The position numbers and the translations under genes were made by a program. A DNA stretch of 26,428 nucleotides, taken from an uncultured virus (IMG/VR IMGVR_UViG_3300036815_000199) (Duplodnaviria; Heunggongvirae; Uroviricota; Caudoviricetes). This document shows, in pieces, positions 7,990 to 15,245 of this stretch. The notes beneath the pieces are model-generated. The model was given only the letters and a program-made list of their open reading frames with translations, was not told where the DNA came from and ran no database searches. Position 1 is the first letter of the stretch. Each line of letters starts with the position of its first letter. Location: IMG/VR virus record IMGVR_UViG_3300036815_000199, one strand, 5' to 3'.

Positions 7990-8510
7990 CCGCCTACGAC
8001 ATGATGCCGGGCGTCCCGGCCGCCGGCCACATCGTCGGCGGCGCCTGGCACCCCGGCCCGTCCCACCACTGCACCAAGTGCGAGCACCGGCCGCGGCCGG
8101 GCACCGAGGCCGCCGCCCGGTTCTACCTGCAGCGCGACCTGTCGTTCGGCCTCGCCGCCGACGTCGCGATCGGCAACGCCCGCCGGCACCCCGGGAAGGT
8201 CGCCTACACTCCCGACGGCGTCGCCTGGGTCACCGTCGACCGCCGCGGCCGCTGGTCCTGCGGCCGGTCGTCCCGCGCCGAGCAGCACGTCGCCCACGAC
8301 CGGTCCAGCACGCCCGTCGCCACCCGGGTCGACCCCGACCAGGTCCGCGACGGCGACCGGCTGACCTGGCTGTCGCCGAAGGGCGACGCGACCCTGACAG
8401 GGACCGTCGAGTACGCCACCGCCGAGGCGGTGCACGTGGCCAGCGGCGCCTACCGCTACCCGATCGCCTGGACCCGGGTCACCGGCCACTGGCCGAAGGA
8501 GAGAGCATGA
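7986..8510 (+). CDS. hypothetical protein
   Basis: GTGA overlap; 3' part of track ORF 7113-8510; HHCTKC motif and beta-rich C-terminus. Confidence 0.75.
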   Translation: MTAYDMMPGVPAAGHIVGGAWHPGPSHHCTKCEHRPRPGTEAAARFYLQRDLSFGLAADVAIGNARRHPGKVAYTPDGVAWVTVDRRGRWSCGRSSRAEQHVAHDRSSTPVATRVDPDQVRDGDRLTWLSPKGDATLTGTVEYATAEAVHVASGAYRYPIAWTRVTGHWPKERA

Positions 8511-8827
8511 TCCACGTCATCTACACCGAGCCCAGCCCGTTCGGGGCGATGCTGACCGACCGGCAGTTCCGGTCGCCCGACGCCGCCCGCAGGTTCGTCG
8601 CCACGATCGCCGACGGCGACGTCCCGTACCTGGTCATCGACGGCGAACTTGTTAACGAGGAATGGACTTCGCACGCCGGCGGTCCGCTCGGCCGCGACCT
8701 GGAAACACGCGGCCGCGCCGAGCGGGCCGAGGAACTGTACGGCGCCGAGACGCTCAGGGACGACGACGACCGGGCCGAGCACGACGCCGAGGCCGCCTAC
8801 GACGCCGTGATGAGGGACCACCGGTGA
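8507..8827 (+). CDS. acidic hypothetical protein (MIHVIYTEPS...)
   Basis: GAAGGAGAGAGC RBS, ATGA overlap. Confidence 0.8.
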   Translation: MIHVIYTEPSPFGAMLTDRQFRSPDAARRFVATIADGDVPYLVIDGELVNEEWTSHAGGPLGRDLETRGRAERAEELYGAETLRDDDDRAEHDAEAAYDAVMRDHR

Positions 8828-9033
8828 GCGGCTTCTACGCGATCCGGCAGGCCCGCACGCGGGTGATCGGGTCGCGGTCGATGACCCGCGCCGAGGCCGA
8901 CCGGGAGGTCGCCGTCTGGGCGGCCGAGATCGGCCCCGCCCGCGTCCTGCCGGTCACCCCCGACCTGGCGCACGCGGTGCGCTACTACGACCAGGCCATC
9001 CTGGTGCCCGCGCTGAAGGGAGAGCCCTGGTGA
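8824..9033 (+). CDS. hypothetical protein
   Basis: GTGA overlap, GAGGG RBS. Confidence 0.7.
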   Translation: MSGFYAIRQARTRVIGSRSMTRAEADREVAVWAAEIGPARVLPVTPDLAHAVRYYDQAILVPALKGEPW

Positions 9034-9125
9034 CCGGATTCTGGGAGGGCCTGGCCACCGCCGCGATCGTCGTCGCGGTCATCGCCCTGGCGGCGGTGCT
9101 GGCGTTCTGGAGGACGCAGCCATGA
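9030..9125 (+). CDS. 31-aa single-TM microprotein (MTGFWEGLATAAIVVAVIALAAVLAFWRTQP)
   Basis: Translated by hand; GAAGGGAG RBS; start/stop overlaps at both ends. Confidence 0.7.
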   Translation: MTGFWEGLATAAIVVAVIALAAVLAFWRTQP

Positions 9126-9517
9126 CCGCCGCCGAGGTCCGCCGCAGCCCGCGCCGCGCCCTGCTCAAGCACCTGTTCGACTGCCACGGCGTCATGCTGA
9201 CCCGCGCCGACGCCCGCCGGTCGCTCGGCGCGATCGCCGACTACGACCCGTGCGGTGACGCGCCGCCGCTCGGCGACTGCGACCTCGGCGTCGACGCCGA
9301 GGGCTACCGGGTCCGCCGCAGCGGCGGCACCGACTTCCGGGTGTCCGGCTGCTGCGCCAAGGACGCCACCACCCTCGACGGCGACGACGAGGGCACCATC
9401 GTCTGCCGCCGCTGCAAGCGGCCCATCGACGAGGCGGTCGCGCTGTCCCCGCTGCTGCCCTACCTGGCGCCGGACGGGCACGTGCTGGTCCGCGCCAGCA
9501 CCGCTACGGGCTACTGA
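9122..9517 (+). CDS. Cys-rich hypothetical protein (SGCC...VCRRC, actinophage-like)
   Basis: GGAGG RBS, ATGA overlap. Confidence 0.75.
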   Translation: MTAAEVRRSPRRALLKHLFDCHGVMLTRADARRSLGAIADYDPCGDAPPLGDCDLGVDAEGYRVRRSGGTDFRVSGCCAKDATTLDGDDEGTIVCRRCKRPIDEAVALSPLLPYLAPDGHVLVRASTATGY

Positions 9518-9608
9518 GTAGCAGGCGAGCGGCCGTGGCCCGGCGGGCTACGGGACGCAGGTCCCGGCCCGGCCAGGCCCGGCAGGGCGCCACCGGGCGG
9601 TCCCATGC

Positions 9609-9635
9609 CGTATTATGGATATATGAGGAACACGA
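9609..9635 (+). promoter_or_regulatory. conserved promoter motif, copy 4 (leaderless start)
   Basis: CG-TATTAT-GGATAT-ATGAGGAACACGA. Confidence 0.8.
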
Positions 9636-9895
9636 CAGCTATCACCGCCCGGCACTGCTCGGGCTGCGCCCAGGCCGACCCCATCGACGACGGCGACGGC
9701 TACACCGACTGCTGCAACGAGTGGATCTGCGACGGCACCGGCGCCGACCGGTGGACCGTCGGGACCCTCACGTTCGACGAGGCCGGCCGCGAGGTCCGCA
9801 CCGTCACCGGCGAGCTGCTCGCCTGCTGCGGCGGCCGGGCCGACAAGCTGGCCGCCGACCAGGCCCCCGGCCGCATCGCGCTGTGCCGCAACTGA
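9623..9895 (+). CDS. small Cys-rich protein, probably leaderless; paralog of 6529-6720
   Basis: MRNTTA..CSGC..GYTDCCNE..CDGT..W..GT..RTVTGELLACC. Confidence 0.8.
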   Translation: MRNTTAITARHCSGCAQADPIDDGDGYTDCCNEWICDGTGADRWTVGTLTFDEAGREVRTVTGELLACCGGRADKLAADQAPGRIALCRN

Positions 9896-9919
9896 CCACC
9901 ACCTGAAGGAGAGACCGAC

Positions 9920-10243
9920 ATGACGACCCCCGACACCAGCCGGACCCACCGGTTCCCGCCGACCGGCTGCGTCAACCAATGGGCCGCCGACCACGACCAT
10001 GCCGACTGCTGGGCCGCCTTCCTGGCCTTCCACGAGGCACCGGCCGGGCTGGGCATCGACGAGTTCTACCGCTGGCTGGAGACGACCCCGCACGCCGCCG
10101 ACATCACCCCCGACGGCGACGGGTTCCTGGTGACCTGCCGCCGCGGCTGCGCGCTGGGCACCAGCGCGCGCCAGAGCGACCGGGCGGGCGCCGACCGGCG
10201 GGTCCGGCAGCACCGGATCTGCACGATCCCGCTGACCGCCTGA
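9920..10243 (+). CDS. His/Cys-rich hypothetical protein
   Basis: CCACCTGAAGGAGAGACCGAC RBS. Confidence 0.8.
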   Translation: MTTPDTSRTHRFPPTGCVNQWAADHDHADCWAAFLAFHEAPAGLGIDEFYRWLETTPHAADITPDGDGFLVTCRRGCALGTSARQSDRAGADRRVRQHRICTIPLTA

Positions 10244-10261
10244 GTGTGCCGGAGGGCACAC
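10244..10261 (+). terminator. hairpin immediately after the stop codon
   Basis: GTGTGCC-GGAG-GGCACAC; no U-tract. Confidence 0.45.
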
Positions 10262-10301
10262 CGATCCGGTACCGGCCAGGGCGACAATCCGCCGCCCGGC
10301 C

Positions 10302-10328
10302 GGTATTATGGATATATGAGCAACACGG
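10302..10328 (+). promoter_or_regulatory. conserved promoter motif, copy 5
   Basis: GG-TATTAT-GGATAT-ATGAGCAACACGG followed by CTGAAGGAG. Confidence 0.8.
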
Positions 10329-10345
10329 CCACTGAAGGAGCCCCG

Positions 10346-10858
10346 ATGACCACCCCGACGACCAGCCGCGACGTCCGCGCCAACCCGACCAACGCGGCCG
10401 GCCGCTACGTCGAAACCGCCGAGTACATCCAGGCGGCCCGCCGGTTCGTCCGCGGCGCCGGCCGGCGGGTCGGGGACATGAACATCGACGACCTCGACAT
10501 GCTCATGGCGCTGGCCGAGGAAGCCAACGCGATCCTGCACGAGGCCGCCCGCGACCTGCACGACCGCGAGAAGGACGGCTACTCCTGGCAGGAGATCGGC
10601 GAGGCCGTCGGCTACGACCCGAGCCACGCCCGGCACACCGCCTGGAAGCGGTTCAGGGGCGCCCGCAAGGCGTTCCCGGCCGCGCGCCGCACGGTCGTCA
10701 AGGACGACATCGTGGGCGTGTCCGGCCGCAAGTACGCCGGCCGGGCGTTCCGCGTCGAGCGGGTCAGCGGCGCGACCGCGCTGCTGGCGCCGGTCGGCGG
10801 CGGCCCGAAGGTCCGCGCGTTCCACGACCTGATCACCGACGCACCCCAGGAGGGCTGA
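10346..10858 (+). CDS. HTH DNA-binding protein (in-frame leaderless alternative start at 10316)
   Basis: VETAEY..ARRFVRGAGRRVG...GYSWQEIGEAVG...AWKRF resembles an HTH family common on actinobacterial plasmids/phages. Confidence 0.8.
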   Translation: MTTPTTSRDVRANPTNAAGRYVETAEYIQAARRFVRGAGRRVGDMNIDDLDMLMALAEEANAILHEAARDLHDREKDGYSWQEIGEAVGYDPSHARHTAWKRFRGARKAFPAARRTVVKDDIVGVSGRKYAGRAFRVERVSGATALLAPVGGGPKVRAFHDLITDAPQEG

Positions 10859-10861
10859 GCG

Positions 10862-11107
10862 ATGGACCTGCCCGGCAAGGACCTGCTGTTCCTCAACGTC
10901 GCCGTGGCCTGCAGTCGCCCGGGCTGCGCCCCGGCGACCCCGTGCCCGGCCTGCGCCGACATCGTGCGCGAGCCGCTGATCGGCGAGCGGTTCCGGCTGA
11001 TCGCCGCCGCCGCCGCCGAGCCGCCCGGTCCCGACCGGGACGCGCTGACCGCTCGCATCACCGCGATCGAGAACTGGCTCGACGCCCACCCCGAGCAGGA
11101 GGCCTGA
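10862..11107 (+). CDS. small Cys-rich protein
   Basis: GGAGG RBS; C-x4-C-x5-CPAC. Confidence 0.75.
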   Translation: MDLPGKDLLFLNVAVACSRPGCAPATPCPACADIVREPLIGERFRLIAAAAAEPPGPDRDALTARITAIENWLDAHPEQEA

Positions 11108-11108
11108 C

Positions 11109-11465
11109 ATGGACGAGCAGCGCGACTACGCCGAAGAGGCATACAACGCCCGGTTCTGCCAGGCGTGCGGGACCAGCCCGTGCGGCTGGGACGGGCAGCC
11201 CGACGGCTTCCACACCGACGACCCGGCGCCCGCCCCGGAGCCCTACCGGGCCAGCGTGACCCTCCCGGCCACCGATGCCCACCCGTACACCTGGACGATC
11301 ACCTGGCCGGCCGGCTGGACCCCGCCCGGCTACCACGTCACCGTCTGCCCGGCGTGCGGGCAGGTCACCGAGCCCTACAGCGACACCGACCCGCGCATCG
11401 TCCACCGCGACACCGGCTGGGCCCTGTGCGGCGACCCCGCCACCTGGAAGGACACATCATCATGA
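11109..11465 (+). CDS. Cys-rich hypothetical protein
   Basis: AGGAGG RBS; CQAC and CPAC. Confidence 0.75.
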   Translation: MDEQRDYAEEAYNARFCQACGTSPCGWDGQPDGFHTDDPAPAPEPYRASVTLPATDAHPYTWTITWPAGWTPPGYHVTVCPACGQVTEPYSDTDPRIVHRDTGWALCGDPATWKDTSS

Positions 11466-11812
11466 CCGCCACCGCCTACCGCCCGGGCGCCCGCGTCGCG
11501 CACTTCGCCGACCCGACCTGCCTGGGCTCGGTGACCGTCGCCGAGCTGGGCACCATCCTGGTCGCCTGGGACAACGGCAACGAGCAGCGCCTGACCCCCG
11601 AGGCGGTCACCCCGGCCCCGGCCGAGCCGTACCCGTCGCCGGCGGACATCAGCTACGACGAGGACAGCCGCTGGTGCCAGGACCACGGGCACACCGGCCT
11701 GCTCACCGGCGACATGTGCGTTACCTGCGACCGGCTGGCCGCCACCGACCGGCGGTTCGCCGCGGTGCTCGACACCGTGCACAACCCCGACGGATCCCGC
11801 CGGACCGCGTAG
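11462..11812 (+). CDS. hypothetical protein (SH3-like N-terminus, C/H-rich C-terminus)
   Basis: ATGA overlap; YRPGARV..GSV..VAWDNG; CQDH..CVTC. Confidence 0.75.
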   Translation: MTATAYRPGARVAHFADPTCLGSVTVAELGTILVAWDNGNEQRLTPEAVTPAPAEPYPSPADISYDEDSRWCQDHGHTGLLTGDMCVTCDRLAATDRRFAAVLDTVHNPDGSRRTA

Positions 11813-11868
11813 CCCGCCGGGCTACGGCTAAGCAAGAGCAAGCAAGCACAGCGAAGGAGAGAGACCCG

Positions 11869-12333
11869 ATGACCAAGAAGACCATCGAGGGCACGTGGGG
11901 CACCGAGCCGCTGACCTACGGCGGCACCGCCAAGGGCAAGACCGTCGCCCGCCTGTCCGTCTGGTACGACCAGGACCGCGCCGACGCCGCGTTCACCCCC
12001 GACAAGGGGCGCCACTACGCGATCGGCGGCGTCTACGACACCGAGGTCTGCCGCGACGCCGAGGGCGCGATCGTCGGCCGCCGCGGCACGCCCCGGTTCA
12101 CCGGCACCCACCCCGACACCGAGTGGGTCGCCGCGCTCGAGGCCGACGACTACGCCGCCCAGCAGAAGATCGCCACCGGGCAGCTGGAGCGCCGCGCCGC
12201 CCGCGACAGCGAGATCGACAAGGCGCTGCAGCCCGTCGAGGACCTGGCCGCCGGCCTGAACTACGCCCAGCGCGACGCGCTGGTGGCGATGGTCACCCGC
12301 CGGATCTACCGGGCCAGGGCCGGGAGGGGGTGA
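11869..12333 (+). CDS. hypothetical protein (MTKKTIEGTW...)
   Basis: GAAGGAGAGAGACCCG RBS; high GC3. Confidence 0.8.
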   Translation: MTKKTIEGTWGTEPLTYGGTAKGKTVARLSVWYDQDRADAAFTPDKGRHYAIGGVYDTEVCRDAEGAIVGRRGTPRFTGTHPDTEWVAALEADDYAAQQKIATGQLERRAARDSEIDKALQPVEDLAAGLNYAQRDALVAMVTRRIYRARAGRG

Positions 12334-12344
12334 CGGCCGCGGAG

Positions 12345-12409
12345 GGCGAAACCCCCGGATAACGTCGGGGGGTCCGCGCGGAGACGAGCGCCCGCGCGCT
12401 GACGAGGCC
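12345..12409 (+). ncRNA. type II hammerhead ribozyme
   Basis: GGC-GAAA-CCCCC..GGGGG-TC^-CGCGCGG-loop-CCGCGCG-CTGACGA-G-GCC. All core nucleotides and stems I-III are present; predicted cut after C12374. Confidence 0.88.
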
Positions 12410-12450
12410 AGCCGGCCATCAGCCCAGCTCGCACCTGAAGGAGAGAGACC

Positions 12451-12927
12451 ATGTACCCGTACCCAGACACCACCATCGACACCGGCCAGCCCGCCGCCCG
12501 CCCGGTCTACCGCCGCCCGGCCGTCCTCGCCGTGATCGCCATCGTGGTGATCGCCGCGACCGCGCTTAGCCTGTTCCTCGCCGGCGTGTTTACCAGCCAG
12601 GCGCAGACCCCGGCCGGCATCTTGCAGGCTGACGGCTACACCGTCACCGCATCGCAGACCGTCGACCAGGCCGCCGCCGCCGGCGCATTCAACGACGCCA
12701 CGGGCAAGACCCTCAAGCCGTACATCGTGGCGATCGCCGCGGGCACGCACGGGAAGGCCGGCGAGGGCGTCGTCCAGCTGACCGACGCCGGCCGCACCAT
12801 GTTCGCCAGCCTGATGCCGCTGCTCAGCGGCCAGATGAGCGCCGGCGTGACCGCCCACATGGCCGGCAACTTCCTGGTCCTGGACGGCACGGCGGCGCAG
12901 GTCGGCACGATCGGCAGCTTCGGATGA
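12451..12927 (+). CDS. membrane-anchored/secreted protein
   Basis: RRPAVLAVIAIVVIAATALSLFLAGVF TM segment; strong RBS. Confidence 0.85.
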   Translation: MYPYPDTTIDTGQPAARPVYRRPAVLAVIAIVVIAATALSLFLAGVFTSQAQTPAGILQADGYTVTASQTVDQAAAAGAFNDATGKTLKPYIVAIAAGTHGKAGEGVVQLTDAGRTMFASLMPLLSGQMSAGVTAHMAGNFLVLDGTAAQVGTIGSFG

Positions 12928-13337
12928 CCGCCGCCGCCACCCCGGCGGGCGCCCACGCGGCGCCCGGCCGGGGCCGGACCACCGTCATCATCGCCGCCGC
13001 CGTCATCGCCGCCGTGGTCGCCGTCGTGGCGTTCCTCGCCGTGACCGTGACCGGGCAGTCCGGCCAGATCGGCGCGCTGCGCGGCCAGGTCGCCACCGCC
13101 CAGCACGCCGCCGACGCGGCGAGCGCCAAGGCCAACGCGGCCGCCGGGACCCGCTCGGCCGCCGCCACCGCCCACCTCGGCGTCTGCGTGGCCACCAGCT
13201 ACAACAGCGACGCCGGCGCGAGCTGGGTCCAGTCCGTCGCCGTGACCGCGCCGGTGCTGGTCTCCGGCGTCGCCTCGTGCCCGTCGGGCACGTTCGTCCC
13301 CGTCAGCCCGCAGCCCGGCGGCCAGCCCGCCAGCTAA
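12924..13337 (+). CDS. membrane-anchored protein with Ala-rich stalk
   Basis: N-terminal TM, ATGA overlap, two Cys in the C-terminal domain. Confidence 0.8.
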   Translation: MTAAATPAGAHAAPGRGRTTVIIAAAVIAAVVAVVAFLAVTVTGQSGQIGALRGQVATAQHAADAASAKANAAAGTRSAAATAHLGVCVATSYNSDAGASWVQSVAVTAPVLVSGVASCPSGTFVPVSPQPGGQPAS

Positions 13338-13343
13338 CCCGCG

Positions 13344-13377
13344 CCCGGCCCGGCCGCTCCCCGGCGGCCGGGCCGGG
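13344..13377 (+). terminator. 14-bp GC hairpin
   Basis: CCCGGCCCGGCCGC / GCGGCCGGGCCGGG just after the stop at 13337; no U-tract. Confidence 0.55.
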
Positions 13378-13427
13378 GCGACGGGACGAGCGTCCCGTGA
13401 CCTGCGGTTACCCCCTCGCCGCGTTGC

Positions 13428-13440
13428 CGATATATAGTCT
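13428..13440 (+). promoter_or_regulatory. probable -10 element (TATAGT)
   Basis: CGATATATAGTCT AT patch about 50 nt upstream of the 13488 start. Confidence 0.5.
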
Positions 13441-13487
13441 GGTCAGTCGCCGGTTACCGGTGACCACCTGAAGGAGAGAGACACACC

Positions 13488-13727
13488 ATGACCGATCCGC
13501 AGCCGGGCATCACCTGCCCGCCCGACCCCGGGCGCCTGATCAGCGACGCGCGCCGCCAGCAGGGATTCCGCGACCAGGCCCACCTCGACCGGTGGTTCGC
13601 CTACTCCGACCACACCAAGGAGTGCCCGGACTGCGGCCTGCCCGGCGACGGCTACGACGGCCCCGACGGCTGGCAGCCCACCGTCACCCAGTGCGCCGAC
13701 GCCGCGCGCCTGCTCGCGCTGGTCTGA
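13488..13727 (+). CDS. small H/C Zn-binding hypothetical protein
   Basis: CCACCTGAAGGAGAGAGACACACC RBS; H-x3-CPDC...C. Confidence 0.8.
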   Translation: MTDPQPGITCPPDPGRLISDARRQQGFRDQAHLDRWFAYSDHTKECPDCGLPGDGYDGPDGWQPTVTQCADAARLLALV

Positions 13728-13762
13728 CCGTCGCCGCGGCGACGGCTGACCGGCAATCAACT

Positions 13763-13817
13763 GGACCGAAACGCGCAAACGGCGTCCGGGGGACAGAGAC
13801 CCCGCCGATGATGGTCC
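13763..13817 (+). ncRNA. type II hammerhead ribozyme, core variant (CCGAUGA)
   Basis: GGACC-GAAA-CGC..GCG-TC^-CGGGG-GACAGAGA-CCCCG-CCGATGA-T-GGTCC; predicted cut after C13786. Confidence 0.8.
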
Positions 13818-13858
13818 CAACGCCCGTCACCGAACTGCACACAGAAAGAGACACCACC

Positions 13859-14167
13859 ATGGCACCGAACACCACCCCGAAGCCCGACGAGATCGCCCGC
13901 ACGCTGGCCGGCTACGCGACCGCCGACCTGTCGACCACCTGCGCGATCTTCGCCGGCATCCTGCAGTCGGTCCGCCTGACCGGCCCCGACGACCAGATCC
14001 CGGCCGGCATGGCCGGCGCCAAGGCAGGCGCCGACAAGCTGCGCGTCGAGACCGACAAGTGGGGCAAGCGCTTCCGCAAGGTCAACGGCACCGGCCAGGC
14101 GGCCGACGACCCGATCGCCAAGCTGGTCGCCGCCGGCCAGGCCGCCCTCGCCCAGCCCGCCGAGTAG
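13859..14167 (+). CDS. hypothetical protein (MAPNTTPKPD...)
   Basis: AGAAAGAG RBS downstream of the ribozyme; high GC3. Confidence 0.8.
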   Translation: MAPNTTPKPDEIARTLAGYATADLSTTCAIFAGILQSVRLTGPDDQIPAGMAGAKAGADKLRVETDKWGKRFRKVNGTGQAADDPIAKLVAAGQAALAQPAE

Positions 14168-14260
14168 GCGCCAGTCCCCCGACCGCCCGCGCGCCCCGTT
14201 AGTGGGGCCGGGGCGCGCGGGCACCCCGGGACCAGCCCCCCGCCAGCGAAGGAGACCACG

Positions 14261-14716
14261 ATGACGACGACGATGACCAGGTACGCGGTCCACGCCGGGT
14301 TCATCTACGACCCGCGGCTGCTGACCCCCGGCGCGGTCGAGAAGCTCACCGACCGGGCGCTGATGGCGCTGGCCGTCGCGCTGACCCCCGGCTACCTGAC
14401 CCCGGGCGGCATCGAGAAGACCAAGACCGGCAAGCAGCGGCAGATCGACGAGGCCAAGCTCGACACCCTGCTGCGGCTGATGGTCAACGACCTGCACATC
14501 CGCACCGCCGACGGCTACACCGAGAGCGCGCTGCGGTTCCGGCTGGCCGCGCTCGGCGCCGACCGCGGCGTCCTGCAGCCCGACGGGTCCCCGTTCGGGC
14601 GGCCGGCCCGCGACCACGGCCCGTGGGCGCTGTGGGACGTGATGACCGACCAGCGCCGGGACCGCGAAGAGCCCGGCCGCCGCACCTCGGCGCGCGGCTG
14701 CGCGCCGCGCTACTGA
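14261..14716 (+). CDS. hypothetical protein
   Basis: GAAGGAG RBS. Confidence 0.8.
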   Translation: MTTTMTRYAVHAGFIYDPRLLTPGAVEKLTDRALMALAVALTPGYLTPGGIEKTKTGKQRQIDEAKLDTLLRLMVNDLHIRTADGYTESALRFRLAALGADRGVLQPDGSPFGRPARDHGPWALWDVMTDQRRDREEPGRRTSARGCAPRY

Positions 14717-14744
14717 CACCACCACCACGAAGGAGAGAGACCCG

Positions 14745-15140
14745 ATGACCGACATTCACCCCGACGCCGACCCGACCCCGGGCAGGTACGTGATCGCGCT
14801 GCACGACACCGGCGACCCGGCGACCGCGCACCGCGACATCTACGACCCCGACGGCAACTGGCTGTCGATGCTCGACGAGGGCACGCCGGTGACCGGCGCG
14901 ATGCCCGACCTGGCCCTCGGCCCCGCCGAGTTCGCCTACCTCGCCGACGTGTTCGCCCGCGTCCTGGCCGAGGCCGAGGGCGAGCAGTCGACGGCGGGCA
15001 TGTTCGGCCCGTTCGCGGCGATCGCCCAGATCGCGCTGACCAGCCCGGCGATCCGCCAGCAGGTCGACGAGAACCCGCCCGTTCCCGGTCGCTCGGCGCC
15101 AAGCGAGTGCCCGCACCCGGCACGCTGCGGATTCCGCTGA
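14745..15140 (+). CDS. hypothetical protein
   Basis: GAAGGAGAGAGACCCG RBS. Confidence 0.8.
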   Translation: MTDIHPDADPTPGRYVIALHDTGDPATAHRDIYDPDGNWLSMLDEGTPVTGAMPDLALGPAEFAYLADVFARVLAEAEGEQSTAGMFGPFAAIAQIALTSPAIRQQVDENPPVPGRSAPSECPHPARCGFR

Positions 15141-15245
15141 GGCCTGACCGCGGCGCGTCCCGCACAGGCCCCGCCACGCGCCGGGGCCTGCGCGGGTGCG
15201 CGGCCCGGGACAGTCCCGCAAGCCACGGCACCTGAAGGAGCCACC

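Noticed and set aside
5846..15245. CRISPR array or integron attC array
   Set aside because: Repeats are degenerate, irregularly spaced and coincide with promoters and RBSs. No cas genes or attC-type R boxes seen, and the recombinase shows no obvious IntI-specific insertion.
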